A stretch of DNA of 64,000 bases from assembly GCA_013265495.1 (NCBI GenBank), contig MU058836.1, forward strand, positions 744,001 through 808,000, given 5' to 3'. A program made the translations under genes and the position numbers. Below are positions 1 to 13,300 of this stretch, in pieces (position 1 is the stretch's first letter; the number at the start of each line of letters is the position of its first letter). The notes under the pieces were generated by a model. That model ran no database searches, was not told the origin of the DNA, and saw only the letters and a list, made by a program, of their open reading frames with translations. The DNA comes from Vicugna vicugna. Lineage: Eukaryota.

Positions 1-134
1 ATATCCATGGTTCTGCATTTGCAGAATCAACCAACCATGGATCATGTAGTACTAGTAGCAGTTTATTGGGAAAAAAAGTCTACTTAATTAGTGGACTAAC
101 ACAGTTCAAACCCATATTGCTCAAGGGTCAGCTA
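1..134 (+). mobile_element. TcMar-Tigger (Tigger2/MER8-like) DNA transposon end
   Basis: Ends in cagttcaaacccatattgctcaagggtcagcta, resembling the Tigger2-type terminal inverted repeat. Confidence 0.7.
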
Positions 135-999
135 TACTGTAAGGATTTCCGGAACTGTAACGGCAGTATACATCTCCCTGTGATTTCCCAGACTCATTCT
201 TTAAACTGCCAACTGGAGAACCTATAAGCTCCACAAACTCCTTAGATTCCAAATTGACTCTTTTTTTTTATTCCCCTATCAGATTCTTCTCCTTTGTTCC
301 CTTCTTTGCTTTCATTGTCATCCACTGTCTACCAAATTATTGGCATCAACCAGTAATTTGACTTTCAGCCCCTCTTGGCTCAGTGAGCCCAGGAGTCCTG
401 TTGATTCTCCTTTCTAGTCTCGAGTGTTTGTTTCCACTGCCACTTAATTGCCTTAGTCCGTTCCCTTACCCTGCTGATAACTCTTGTATTATCTTCATCT
501 AACTAGTCTATTCCCTGCCACAATGGACTTTCTGAAAGGCAAATCCAGTGAGGTCATTGTTCCTTTCATAGTGCCTCCTAACCTAGGAGATAAATCTAAA
601 ACTCATTCTTAATGACGTACATACAGTTCCTCATCACTAATCTATTTAAGCCTCAGCCTCATTATCTTTAAAAGGAGAGGAAAATTAACTTTTCTCACAG
701 AGTTCTTACAAGGCTTAAGTGAGAACCACTATGTTAAATAGTACAGTTCTGATACTCCACAGCTCTTAATTTTATTTATTATTAATGCTGGTTTCTGTAG
801 CTGGGAACTAGATTACTGAAAGTATATTGACATTTGAATGCTGTGTGCTAGAATTATATCAGTAGGTAATTAAGAAGAATATCTTAAGTACTTTATGGGA
901 TGGGAAAGCCATTAAGCAGGTATCAGATGCTGGATTTGCTCGGTGACACTTGGTTTTTAAGCTGTGCTTTCATAGCTCTTGGATATCTTTATTAAAAAT

Positions 1000-1830
1000 T
1001 CTGCCATCAACAAAGTAAAAAGACAGCCTGTGGAATGGGGAAAATATTTGCAAACTAGATATATAATTAGAGGTTAATATCTGTAATATATAAAGAACTC
1101 ATACAATGCAATAGCAGAAAAACAACCCAGTTAAAAAGTGGGCAAAGGACCTGAACAGACACTTCTCCAAAGAAGATGCACAGAAGACTAACAGATAAAT
1201 GAAAAGAAGCTCACACTAGTCTTTATGAAAATGCAAATTAAAACCGCAGTGGGATATCACTTCATGCCTGGTAGAATGGCCGTCATCAAAAAGACATGGC
1301 AACATGCTGGTGAGGATGTGGAGAAAGGGAACCCTTGTACACTATTGGTGAGAGTGGAAATTGGTGCAGCCACTGTGGAAAACAGTGTTTTGAGGTTCCT
1401 CAAAAATAGAACTACCATATGATCCAGCAGTTCCACTTCTGGGAATATATCTAAAGGAAATGGAAGCATTAACTTGAAAAGGTACATGAACCCCCATGTT
1501 CACAGCTTTATTTGCAATAGCCAACACTTGGAAGCAGCTTATATGTCCATCAGTGCATTAGCCATTGAAAATGAGGAAATCCTGCCGTTTGCGACAACGT
1601 AGATGGACCTTGAAGGTATTATGCTAAGTGAAATGAGTCAGAGACAAATACTGTAGGATCTCACTTATACATAGAATCTTCAAAACAAAATTCAAAGAAA
1701 AAGAAGTCAGACTTGTGATTTCCAGAGGCAAAGGGTGGGGGAGAGGAAATTGGAGGAAGATGGTCAAAAGGTACAAACTTATGCCTTAAACTTACACAGT
1801 AATGTATGTCAATTATTTCTCAATAAAGTA
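1000..1830 (+). mobile_element. LINE-1 3' fragment (ORF2 C-terminus + 3' UTR, internally deleted)
   Basis: ORF 1225-1422 MQIKTAVGYHFMPGRMAVIKK...GEDVEKGNPCTLL resembles the L1 ORF2 C-terminal region; ends in tgtcaattatttctcaataaa. Confidence 0.9.
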
Positions 1831-1949
1831 GAGGGAAGGGGAGTGAATAGAGCAGAGTTTTAGTATAATATACTATATGAAGTAAGAGAAAACTTCTGCA
1901 GGAAAAAAAAAATCTTTCAACTGATGTTGTCACCTTATGTCAGGGAAAT

Positions 1950-2800
1950 AGTGACCCAAAAATGACGCAGTCCTTTGCACAGTTGAACCTGCGTTCAGTT
2001 AGGGGAAAGAAAATAGATTGAAACTTTGAATAAATTGCAGGTCATAAGTGATACTAAGAAAATTAATGGTGTCCATAAAGAAAAGGAAAGTCACTTACTT
2101 ATACTAAGACTAGTTAGGCAGTCCCTCTCTGAGACTGCAGTGTTTTAAAAATGAGAACTGGAGCGTGTAAAGGAACTGACCGTCAAAGCCTGGTGTATGT
2201 GAAGGTTGTGGGGTCCGAACAGCTATGACCTGTGATGTAAGCTAGAGATTGGTGTGGTTGGAGTGTGGTGTGTGGTGTGTGGAGGGTTGTTGAAGTTGGG
2301 AACCCAAAATGAAAATTAAGTTTTCTCTATTAAAAGCTCACTTAATGCAGCTGGTTGAAGAATAGATTGTAGGCTTGGAGGCAGGAGAGGAAACAGGGTG
2401 TAATCCAGACCAGAGATTGTTGTGAAGTCTTGAGTGAAGTCAGGGAGATAGAGGGAGCTAAATAGGTTTGGGATCTAGTCTAGAGGTAGAACCTCCCAGG
2501 TATGCTGGTAGGTTAGATGTGGAAGGAGGTGAAAGGGTATTGAAATCACCAAGGTTTCTGGTTCAGGCACTTGGATGTGTAGAAGTGCTGTTAATTGAAA
2601 TGGGAAGAGCAGATAATAAATGATGGGACACATTTGAGGGAAGATCCAAAGTCACATTCTGGTGGTATTGGTTGAGGAGGGAGCAAATGTAAGGAAGTGA
2701 CACAACATGTGCAGACAGCTATGGCTGTGAAGGGAAGAGAGCAGACAGATGGCCAGTTCCTGAAAGAGAATGGGGGATGCAGTCAAGGAGGCATGTTTTT
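1950..2800. mobile_element. Degraded L2 LINE fragments
   Basis: Purine-rich L2-like motifs (tagaggtagaacct...ttagatgtgg, ccaaggtttctggttcagg). Confidence 0.55.
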
Positions 2801-3356
2801 GTCTTTAGGATGACGTTCTAGGGCATAGTTAACTGCTGGTCAGGATAATTAGGTGGACAGAGAAGGACAGGAGATGGACAAGAGAGAACAACCAAAGGGT
2901 CTGGTTGTTTGAGGAGGTGAACAAAGGAATGGTACCCAGAATACAAGTGGGAGAGAAGGTGGTTTAAGTGTGGTAGGTTTAAGTTTAGTGGGAGAGAGTT
3001 GGCTTTTTTAAAATCAGTGTTGTCTGACGCTTCCATGAAGAGTGAGTCGGGGTTGGAGAGACCTATGGGAAGTGACTTACAGGGATAATAGTGCTTGGGG
3101 CGTTGTACCAGTTTTCTATGGTATGGGACATTCTAACTTTATAGTTTCCAACCTCCTTTTCTCTCCTGCTTTGATAATAAAAGGTGTCAAGGAAAACGGA
3201 ACTTACTACAGCATAGTTCATTGCTTAAAATGTCCCTGCTACTTTTCAAAAATCAGTTCGTCTCTTCAGGTTACCTTCCCTGACTTGCTAATTCTGTTCT
3301 GTATGTGTGCTACATTTGTACTTGATTTTTTTTTATCATATTTATTAAACATACGC

Positions 3357-3764
3357 TGTATTCATTTTCTGTTGCTACTATAGTAAGTGACCACAACTTA
3401 GTATAAAACAGCACAGATTTATTATCTTATAGTACTGTAGGTTAGAAGTCTGATATGGGGCTCACTGGACTAAAATCTAGGGACTGGATCATTAGGCTAA
3501 AGTCAGAGCCTGGAGACTCAAGGGGAGAATTTGTTCTATGTCCTTTACAGCTTCCAGAGGCTGCCCACATTGTTTGGCTCATAGCCGCTTCGTCTGTCAT
3601 CAAAGGCGGCAGCATAGCATCTCTGACCCTGCCTTTGTCCTCTCTTCCTTACCTCTAATTCTCTGACCCTCTCATCTACCTCCCTCGTACTTTTCAGGAC
3701 CCTTATGATAACATATTCATAGTTTCCAGGGATGAGGAGGGGTTGGGTTATTCTGCCAACCATG
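3357..3764 (-). mobile_element. MaLR solo LTR (MLT1-type)
   Basis: Typical MLT1 antisense text: accacaactta...aaacagcacagatttattatcttatagt...cttccagaggctgcccacatt...tattctgccaacca. Confidence 0.8.
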
Positions 3765-3912
3765 TGTATGTTGTAGTCTACACTGTTAACTCATCTTTTT
3801 CTTCCTAGCATTGTAGTGTACATATATGCACTCAATAAATTTTGAGGAGAGTGTTTATTTATTAAATGTTCTTTTTCTTTCCCCTCCTTCCACCCACACA
3901 CACCTTTTTTAG

Positions 3913-4040
3913 TGACAGGTCAGTCTTACGAGAACATGGTAACTGAGATCATGTCAATGGGCTATGAACGAGAGCAAGTAATTGCAGCCCTGAGAGCCAG
4001 TTTCAACAACCCTGACAGAGCAGTGGAGTATCTTTTAATG
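3913..4040 (+). CDS. RAD23B: RAD23B coding exon (human exon 6 equivalent), UBA1 domain
   Basis: Pyrimidine tract + AG at 3911-3912 and GTGAG donor at 4041; 128 bp encoding (V)[42 protein letters not shown], recognised as RAD23B UBA1. Upstream exons are outside the window. Confidence 0.97.
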
Positions 4041-6689
4041 GTGAGAAACATTTTACTTTCTTTGTTCTAGTTGTTTAAGACCAAAATCTCAGATTTTTTT
4101 TTTAAAGAAACAATTGCAGTTCACAGAAGAATAATAATATATGCCAAATTTACATAATGCTTTTATTTTTCTTAGTGTGTTTAACATTTTGTGTTAATAA
4201 AATGTAACCTCTTCTAGAAGATTATGATATGATTTTCAGTTAGAAAACAACATGGCTAAATGAGTTGCAAAACTGTCCACTTGAAACTTGGAGTGGTACT
4301 TTCTACCCCAGTTATGTCATCCTCAGAGGATGCCACCTGTGTGATTAGGGGGTAAGGGGGCGCAGATTTTAAACCTTATTGAATCCAACATTTTAATAGT
4401 TTGTTTGTTTTTTGGCCTGCCAGCATAATCCTGCGTGTACTATTTAAAGCAAAAGTTTCAAGTTGGAAGCCCAAGCCAAATTTTATACCATATATAAATT
4501 TTTGTAATTAGATGCCAGCTTTTAAAAATTCAGAAATTTCTCTTAAAAATTCAGATACTTATTAGCTGGTTTATCTAGACAGTTAAGATCCCAGATATTT
4601 GCAAGGATTTAGGAAACGTTTTAGAGCATAGACTCTTTAATTCACTATTTTCCCATTCATTCTTTGTTACCCGACATCATGCATCATGCATTTAATTTAA
4701 TGTGTGATGTTACAACTGGTTCCACTGGCATTTGATTTTTAACTTGTTTATAGTCCTTAGCAATTGAGGGCATTTTGAATGAGTTGTGTTTTGTTTTTTG
4801 GTTTTTTTTAAATAACAAAGGTTTTTGAGAAATAGATTGTTGTGGGGGTGGACTAAAACCCTTGATATTTTATGACAGTGAATGTTAGTTTTACAGATGT
4901 GACACAGGCCAAAGTAAAGTGTATAACCTTGCAATATAAATTAACTTTTTCTTAAGTCTAAATATTTTATTCTGTAATTGTCTTTAGTGTTTTAGAGTAT
5001 TATCAACAGCCTGAGTTGCCCTAAATATCTTAGAAATCTACAATCCTAACTCCTTGGGGAATACTATCCACAGTTTAACCCAGTCCTTTGTTTCCAGGCT
5101 GTTATTTCTGATAGAAACTCCATTGCAGAGACAAGTTTCAAGAGAGCCCCAGTCTTGAGCAAATAACTGTGCTCCGCCTTCTTCAGTCATTTGTCTGCTC
5201 ATGTGCATGAGACTCACAAATCCTTTTCTTAGCGTATCATTTTATCTCTTGACTTCTATTTTCCGTTGTCCTCTTGAAGAGAGTCTTTGAAATGCAGGCA
5301 GTTTGGAATTGAGGAATCGTCGTATTGAGAGTCGTCGTGGCTCTGTGGTCGTCCCTTCACTCCCCACCAAGAAAACACAAGTTACTTAAAAGTGTTGCCT
5401 TTGTTTTTATAGAGTGGTTTTTATTCATACCTGATTTGGAATTCTGTATAAGTTTAATAGTATCAGATATTTTGATCTAGTAGATTTGAAATTTTGAGAT
5501 ATAAAAAAATCACTATTTTCAAAGTTGCTACTATTTGGCATCACATGCAAATGAACAGGTGAGACATGAGTTCATGAAAAAGTTTACTGAATGTTTTTTG
5601 ATATATTTGCTATTTGTTTCATAGACTGAAAAAACAGCTACCTTTAACTGAGTAGTTTTTGAGACATCTGTGTGAGGGTGACTATAGGGGAAGAACTATC
5701 AGTCTAATTGAAGGCTGAAGACTGTGAGAATTTGAGGTAGATCTGTAGCGATGATTAACTTCGTAGTTTAACAAACTTGTTTGAGAATTTGCTGGGTGCT
5801 TTTGGACCCTCAATCTCTATATAGTTTGTCAACATTTAATAACCCCTCGTGTAAGGGTCTGGATTAGTGGACTCTCAAAAACATTTGTTTGCAGTGCCTA
5901 GAGTGACATCTAATGCAGGCAGCCTGCATTGCCCTGCTGTTCATTACCCTTCATTCTTTATATGTTTATGATTTTGTCTTCCATTGAAGCAATTACTATT
6001 GCCATGGCTTATTCAAATACAATATTTTCTCCTTTATTCTCCTTCCAAAATCTATGAGGATTTCATAAAGCCTTTAATAAGCTGTATGTGAGAAGTCTTG
6101 TAAATCGTTAAATTGGGTGTTCCAAAAGTTTTGTGCAGTTTTAGATTATAATAACTTCAGAAGATAAATGCCATAAGCTTAAAAAAAGCATCACCTAAAT
6201 ATTTAATTCTTTAAGATTCTTTTATACCTGTTTACTTTTTATAAATTTTGAATAATCAATTTTAATTATTTGTATGTGATACTTTCTGGAGAACACTTTC
6301 TCAGAGCCGTGGATCAGTAGAGGACACCTTGCTTGCTGGCCACTGTTGTCACCTGCTCTGGCTCCACTAGACTTTTTTCCAGGGGTCACTTCACAATTGC
6401 CATGTGTGCATATAAACCTCTTTCTTTGGATGATCTTAAGGTTAGGGTTGCAAATAAAATTCTTTCTGTCACTGAACTGGTAAAACAAAAGCCAGGTGTG
6501 TCTAATTTGAATAAGATTGGTATTGACATTTTGAAAATCTGAATAGTCTTTTAGTGTTGGAGATTATTAATGCAGATTTAGGATCTTGCCTAAAACTTTG
6601 GTGTTAGATGTTAACATGTGTTGCTATATAAACATCATTTCATGACTTACATTTTTAATTACAAAATTCCTTACTTTACAGTTAGATCT

Positions 6690-6895
6690 GCACTGTCTAG
6701 TAGAGTAACTGTTGAGTACTATTGAGTACAAGTAGCTATTTAAATTTAATAAAATTTAAAGTAAATTCTTTCTAGTACCATTAGCCACATTTTAAATTCT
6801 CAGCATTTACTTGCAGCTAATGGTTATTTTATTGGACAGTATGGATATGGAGCTTTTCCATCATTTTGGAAAGCTTTATTGGACAGTGCTGCTCT
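6690..6895. mobile_element. hAT-Charlie MITE (MER3-like)
   Basis: attagccacatttta...ttccatcattttggaaagctttattggacagtgctg resembles the MER3 3' half. Confidence 0.7.
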
Positions 6896-7109
6896 GTGTT
6901 ACAGCAGTGTGGGCTCATTTACCCCACATTCAGGCCTTTTCTAATCTAACTTAAATATATGCAGATTTCAGTTTTTAATTGAAGCAGACACCTGTGTTTG
7001 ATGCTTTTAGAAGTTAGATATTAAATAGACTCATAAATCTCTTACTCTGTATAATATTGAACTAACTGAATGATGAGATTAGTTTTAAAGCTTGGAAATT
7101 GTGTTGCAG

Positions 7110-7242
7110 GGAATTCCTGGAGACAGAGAGAGTCAGGCTGTGGTTGACCCCCCTCCAGCAGCTAGTACTGGAGCTCCTCAGCCTTCAGCGGCGGCAGCTG
7201 CAGCAACTACGACGGCCACTACTACAACAGCAAGCTCTGGAG
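7110..7242 (+). CDS. RAD23B: RAD23B coding exon (exon 7 equivalent), Ala/Thr-rich linker
   Basis: TTGCAG acceptor and GTAAG donor at 7243; 133 bp encoding GIPGDRESQAVVDPPPAASTGAPQPSAAAAAATTTATTTTASSG(G); phases fit both neighbouring exons. Confidence 0.95.
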
Positions 7243-8586
7243 GTAAGGTGGGACCTCAGGGGAGGAGGTGGTCCTGAATTGGCACTGTAGCAGAGTTTAA
7301 CCTGAAGCACTTTGGAGGTGGGTTCATTCTCAAAGCATTTTGATAACTCTTAAAACAAGTTCTCTGTTCATTAGTGTTAGAGAAGAGCCCAAGAGAAATT
7401 ATACCAAGTGGATATAAAAGATACTCTTGCTTATATTAAACATCATTGCTGCAGTTTTGGCCAAGGGCATATTCTGTTTAGCTTACTCTAGGGAAGAGAC
7501 GCCTCCCGGTGTGCATTTAGTGTTACAGTCTGAAGCCATTCGGAATGGTTTGCTCGCCTTGTCTCTTTCTCCCTATTAAATGTCAGAAAGTTTGTATAAT
7601 TTCAAAGCCAGTAGGATCTTAGTATTTATTATAGAACCAAGGAAATAAAACCTGGGAGGCTTAAAATCTTGTATCTCGAGATGAAAGCAAAGCTTGAATT
7701 CAAGTCTCTTTACTGGCCAGCACCCACACTTCCATTGGCAAAGCCTGGAGCTCGTGGTAGGCCCAGGAATTATTTAATGTTCTCCTTTGCTCTCTCTTTT
7801 GTAAAATTGATGAGTAATTCAAATTGTTAATTTTGAAGAGACCATTCTTTTATGTATTTCCTACCTCCAATTATGGCAGTCAGCTCTGGTTAACAAAAAT
7901 CCCTGAGGCTTTGATTTCCTGAGATTCAGCATGGGAGTGGAAAGAGGAGGCCCCTCTTTGGTGCACTTTTGGGGAACTGTCCCATTCAGCGGCACTTATG
8001 GAGTAACTTAGTTTCTGAGTTGCATTCCCTTCATATGTAAAACTGGTGTTACACAAAGAAAAATAGCCATGTTGTGTGGTCATTTTAATTTGAATGATTA
8101 TCTTGAATAATTTAGGAAATGATAGCATACGTCTAAAAAATTCTCATTACTCATTAATTAACTTCAAAAACGTTATTCTTTTGTATGCAATTAAAGTAGA
8201 TGGGTTTTTGTTAGTTCTGGCCTGTATATTTTTCTTGGGAACTTCTGAGCATGAGAAACAACTTTTAGTACTTTTGTTTTGACAAAGTGCACGCAGGGCG
8301 TAAGTTCCCAGTAATAATTTGATGATATTGAGTGCCCAGCACAAGCAGTTTTAGGAAAATGCCATTCTTTTAGTATTCTGTACTCTCTACCTCAGCTAAT
8401 GGTAATAATTTCTGCAGTATAGGACTTGCAAGTTGTTAAGTTTGAAAATTTTGTCATTATTTACTTAATTCTGTATACATCTGAGAACTCAAATCATGTT
8501 TTTTTTCTTGCCAGTGTTTGCTATCCAAATTATGATTGTATATATGTCATTGCTATTTTTGTTTAAAAACGTTATGTGTATTTTAG

Positions 8587-8714
8587 GACATCCTCTTGAA
8601 TTTTTACGGAATCAGCCTCAGTTTCAGCAGATGAGACAAATTATTCAACAGAATCCGTCCCTGCTTCCAGCATTGCTACAACAGATAGGTCGAGAAAATC
8701 CTCAGTTACTGCAG
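8587..8714 (+). CDS. RAD23B: RAD23B coding exon (exon 8 equivalent), XPC-binding/STI1 domain
   Basis: TTTTAG acceptor and GTGAC donor at 8715; 128 bp encoding (G)[42 protein letters not shown]. Confidence 0.97.
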
Positions 8715-9390
8715 GTGACTATTTAGTCAGTTAATTTCCGAAGTGGGTATAGGGTGTATCACATTCTGTAAAATTATATGAGCACCCCTTCCCCTCCATT
8801 AAGTCTGTAAATCATTCTTCTAAGCTACACTCAATACAGTATGCAGTAGATAGACTTGGAGGATGGGTTAATTTAGTCATAAACTATGTTTGGGAAACAT
8901 TAAAGAATCTGAGAAATTCTTTAACAAAAAAAAAATTAACTTTCGATTTTTCCCAAGCTTATTGCTAGTGGTGCACTGCCTTGTAGAAAACGTACTTGTG
9001 GGCGTATTTAATGCTCAGGTCATGAAGCATTTGAGTTTTGTATGAGATTGTACTGCCCGCTAATGTGGAAGATAAAACATACATATAACTTCTGTTTTTT
9101 TCTTATAGCCGTCAAGTAGTTTTTTTTTTTTTTAACAATGATGAGGGGTTGTTTATGAAAGATAATTTGAATTCTTTTAATTCTTCACTGTTTACCTCAC
9201 TTGAAGTACTGAATTTCTTTAATAATGTTCAAGAAATCACATCCTTCCAAAGAGTGGATAATCCAGAATCATTCTAAAATAATGCAGTTGCAAGTTATAG
9301 CTTTCTTTCTTGTTTGTATTAGAATTCTTATTTTCCTGGAGATACATCTAGCCAACGTATTGTTTTTCTCTGTCCTTCAAATCACTGCAG

Positions 9391-9561
9391 CAAATTAGCC
9401 AACACCAGGAGCATTTTATTCAGATGTTAAATGAACCAGTTCAAGAAGCTGGTGGTCAAGGAGGAGGGGGTGGAGGTGGCAGTGGAGGAATTGCAGAAGC
9501 TGGAAGTGGTCACATGAACTACATTCAAGTAACGCCTCAGGAAAAAGAAGCTATAGAAAGG
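9391..9561 (+). CDS. RAD23B: RAD23B coding exon (exon 9 equivalent), end of XPC-binding domain, Gly linker, start of UBA2
   Basis: CTGCAG acceptor and GTGAGT donor at 9562; 171 bp encoding [57 protein letters not shown]. Confidence 0.97.
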
Positions 9562-9587
9562 GTGAGTTTAAGTAAAACTTGAACGTT

Positions 9588-9712
9588 GACTTCCTTGGTC
9601 ACACTAGTCACATTTTACATGCTCAGTAGTCACATGGAGCTGGTAGCTCCTGCATTGGATAGCCCAGGTATAGAGTATTTCCATCATGGGAGATAGTTGT
9701 TACTGAATAGAG
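9588..9712. mobile_element. MER3-like fragment just downstream of the exon 9 donor
   Basis: cacactagtcacattttacatgctcagtagtcacatg...attggatagc...atttccatcat. Confidence 0.65.
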
Positions 9713-10049
9713 CCAGATAGAGCATTAACCTCGGGACTGCAGTACAGACAGTCTCTTCTCGGCCCTGCTCTCCATCTTGTTTGTGAAGCTGAGAGACTAG
9801 CAGCAGATACCAGTCTAGCATGAAATAGTTACACGTGTATTAAGGAGCAAAAAATTGATGTTTCTGAAACATTAATGTTTTAAAATTCGAGAAGAAAAAA
9901 ATGATATTAAATATATGCCCCATTCAAGATTGTATTTTTTTAAAATTTATGTTTCAAATTTTGCTTCAGTGTTGTCACTAATTGTAAAATAGCTGTGTAT
10001 ATGAATTATGTAAAATACATGTAGAGTAACATCAGAACCTGGTACCCTG

Positions 10050-10235
10050 ATTCTCTTTCCACCCGTACCAGGTCAGCCTGTGTGTACTGCAGTAACCTAG
10101 TTTTCGTGATACTGTGTGACCAGTCATTCATTTTTCTCTGGGCCATTGTTAACACTTGTAAAGTGGGAATCACAGTTCTTGCCCTGTCTTATCTTACAAA
10201 GTGCTTTGAGATAGAAATCAGAGAAAGTACATTTT
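10050..10235 (+). mobile_element. MIR SINE
   Basis: MIR core: ctgtgtgacc...tctctgggcc...tgtaaagtgggaat. Confidence 0.6.
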
Positions 10236-10344
10236 AACTTAGAAAATCATCTGGGGTATAATTTGCCCTGTTCATGACAACGGTAGACAATTGCCTCAGT
10301 TGTTCTATAGCAACCTTTTTTTTTTTTTTTTTTTTTTTTTGAAG

Positions 10345-13300
10345 TTAGGGTTGTCAGTCTTGGATTTCTGTGTTCCTTGTGCTGTTGGTGTCATACAAGA
10401 AAACATTGCCTAATCCAAGGTCAAAAGATTTAGTCCTGTATTTTCTCCAGAGCTTTATAGCTGTTACATTTAGGTCTGTGATCCATTTTGTTACCTTTGT
10501 TTATGGTGCAAGGTGTGGGAGTCTAGCATCTATCTTTGCATGTGTATATCCAGTTGCCCCTGCACCATTTATTGAAAATACTGCTATTTTGCTATTAAAT
10601 TGTCTTGGCATCCTTGTTGAAAATCAGTTGGCCATAAATGTGAGGATTTATTATTGGGCTTTCAGTCCTGTTGCATCGATCTATATGTTTATCCTGTGGC
10701 AGTACTTCATTGTCTACTTCATTGTCTAGATAACTCTGGCTTTGTGGTTAAGTTTTCAAATCGGGAAATGTGAGTGTTCCATATTTGTTCTTCCTCAGAA
10801 TTGTTTTGACTGTTGTGGATCCCTTGCATTTTCATTATGAATTCTAGGATTTGCTTGTCTAATTTCTGCAAAAAGAAAGCTGGCTGAGATTTTGATGGAT
10901 ACTGTGTTTTTTTTCTGTAGATCAGTTTAAAGGGTATTGCCATGTTGGCAATATTAAGTGTTACCAAGCCATAAACATGGGATGGAATGTCTTTCCATAT
11001 TAGATTTATATTATTTCTTTCAGAAATTCCTTTAGTCTTCAGTTGATAATTCTCTTGCTAAATTTATTTCTGAGTTTTTTTATTTTTTATAATGCTGTAT
11101 AAAGAATTGTTTTCTTAATTTCATTTTTGAACTATTCATTGCTAGTTACTTAGAAATACAATTTAATTTTGTGTATCATGCAACCTTCCTAACTCATTTA
11201 TTAATTCTGATAATTTGTGTATATGTTCCTATATATTACTTGCAGGTAGACATAGTTTTTCTTTTTCAAAATGATGCCCTTTATTCATTATTCATATTTA
11301 TATGTTATTCATATGTGCTTATTTGCCTAATTGTCCTGTCTAGAGACTCCTGTGGATTGGCAAGAGCCAGCATCCTTGTCTTGTTCCTGATCTTTGGGGA
11401 AAATAAAACATTTAGATTTTTACCCGTTAAGTATGATGTTAGCTGTGGGTTTCATTAGATTCTCTTTATCAAGCTGAAGAAATTCCCTTCTATTCCTCAT
11501 GTGTTGGGTGTTTTTAATCACAAAAGGGTATGGAATTTTTATCAGATTCTGTTTATTGTGGTTGTGTCCTTTTTTCTGTTAATATGCTTTATTAAGTCGG
11601 TTAATTTTTGTAAGTTGGACCAAATATACAAATATATGGGAGGAAACCTATGTGGCCATGGAGTATAATCCTTTTCATATGTTGCTGAAATTGATCTGCT
11701 AGTACTCTGTTGAGGTTTTCTGCATCTATATTCATAAGGAATATTGGTCTGTAGTTTTCCTGTGACATCTTTGGTTTTGGTATCTATAGAATGAGTTCCC
11801 CACTCGTCTGTTGTTTGAAAGAATTTATAAAGAATTGGCGTTAATTTTTCTTCAAAATTCTGGTAAAATTTACCAGTGAAGTTACCTGGGCCTGGCTTTT
11901 CCTTTTGGGAAGTTTTGTGATTACTAATTCAGTGTCTTTCCTTGTTACAGGGCTATTCATATTTTTTGTTTTTTCTTGAGTCAGTTGTAGGTTTTGTCTT
12001 TCTAGGAATCAATTTCATGTATGTTGTGTAATTTGTTGGCATATAATTGTTCATAGTATTCCCTTATAATAGTTTTTATTTCTATAAAATGTAGTAATCT
12101 TCCCACATTTATTCCTCATTTTAGTCATTTGACTCCTCAGATATTTTTCCCCTCACTGTCAGTTTAGCTAAACTTTCATCAGTGTTGCTGATCTAAAGAA
12201 AAAAAGAAACTTTTGGTTTTGTTGGTTTTCTCTATTGTTTTAGTCTCTATTTTATTTATTTTCTCTCTAATCTTTATTATTTACTTCCTTCTCCTTGCTT
12301 TGGATTTAGTTTTCTCTTTTTTTCTAGTTACTTAAGGTTGAAGATTAGATAGATTATTGATTTACTGTCTCTCTGTCATAATACATCAGCATATCTCATT
12401 GTATTTTATTGCACTTTGGAAATAATTGTATTTTTTACAAATTGAAAGTTTGTGGCAACCCTGTGCTGTCGGATGATGATGAGCATCTTTTGGCAATAAA
12501 GTGTTTTTTAATCAAGGCATGCACCTTGTTTTTTAGACATCATGCTGCTGCACACTCAGTAGACTATGTTTATCATGTAAACGTAACTTTTATACGCACT
12601 GAGAAACCAAAAATTCGTGGGACCTGCTTTATTGTGTTAGTCACTTGATTGCAGTGGTCTGTAACTGAACCGGCGATCTCTGAGGTGTGCCTATAGATGC
12701 TCACAGTGTTACCTTTCCTCCAAGCACTGTTGCAGCAGCATCTCATGAGTTTTCATGTGCTGTGTTTTATTTTCATTCATCTCAAAGTATTTTCTAATTT
12801 CTTTTGTCATTTTTTTCTTTGATCCATTGGTTATCTAGAATTATATCAATTTCTACATATTTATGAATTTGCCAAGTTTCCTTCTGTTACTGATTTCTAA
12901 GTTTATTCCACTGTGGTCCGAGAACATACTTTGTCTAATTTTATTCCTCTTAAATTTATTGAGGTTTGTTTCATGGTCTTCATGGAGAATGGTCTGTGTA
13001 TGCTTGAGAAGGATGTGTAATCTGCTGTTGTTAAGGGCTCTGTAAATGTCAGTTAAGTCTAGTTGGCTTATCGTATTGTTCAAGTCTTCTATTTCCTGGT
13101 CAGTCTTCTGTCCACCTGTATCCATTACAGAACTCGGGAATGTTGAAGTCTCCAACTGTCATTGTTGAATTGGTTATTTCTCCCTTCAGTTCTATCATTT
13201 TTCGTTTCCCATACTTTGGGGCTCTGTTGTTATATGTTTATAATGAAGTCTTTCTGATTGTTTTATCATTGTAAAAATGTCCTTAGTTTCTAGTAACAAT

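Noticed and set aside
12853..13155. Endonuclease-like antisense ORF inside RAD23B
   Set aside because: A decayed L1 endonuclease fragment with internal deletions; no sign of domestication.
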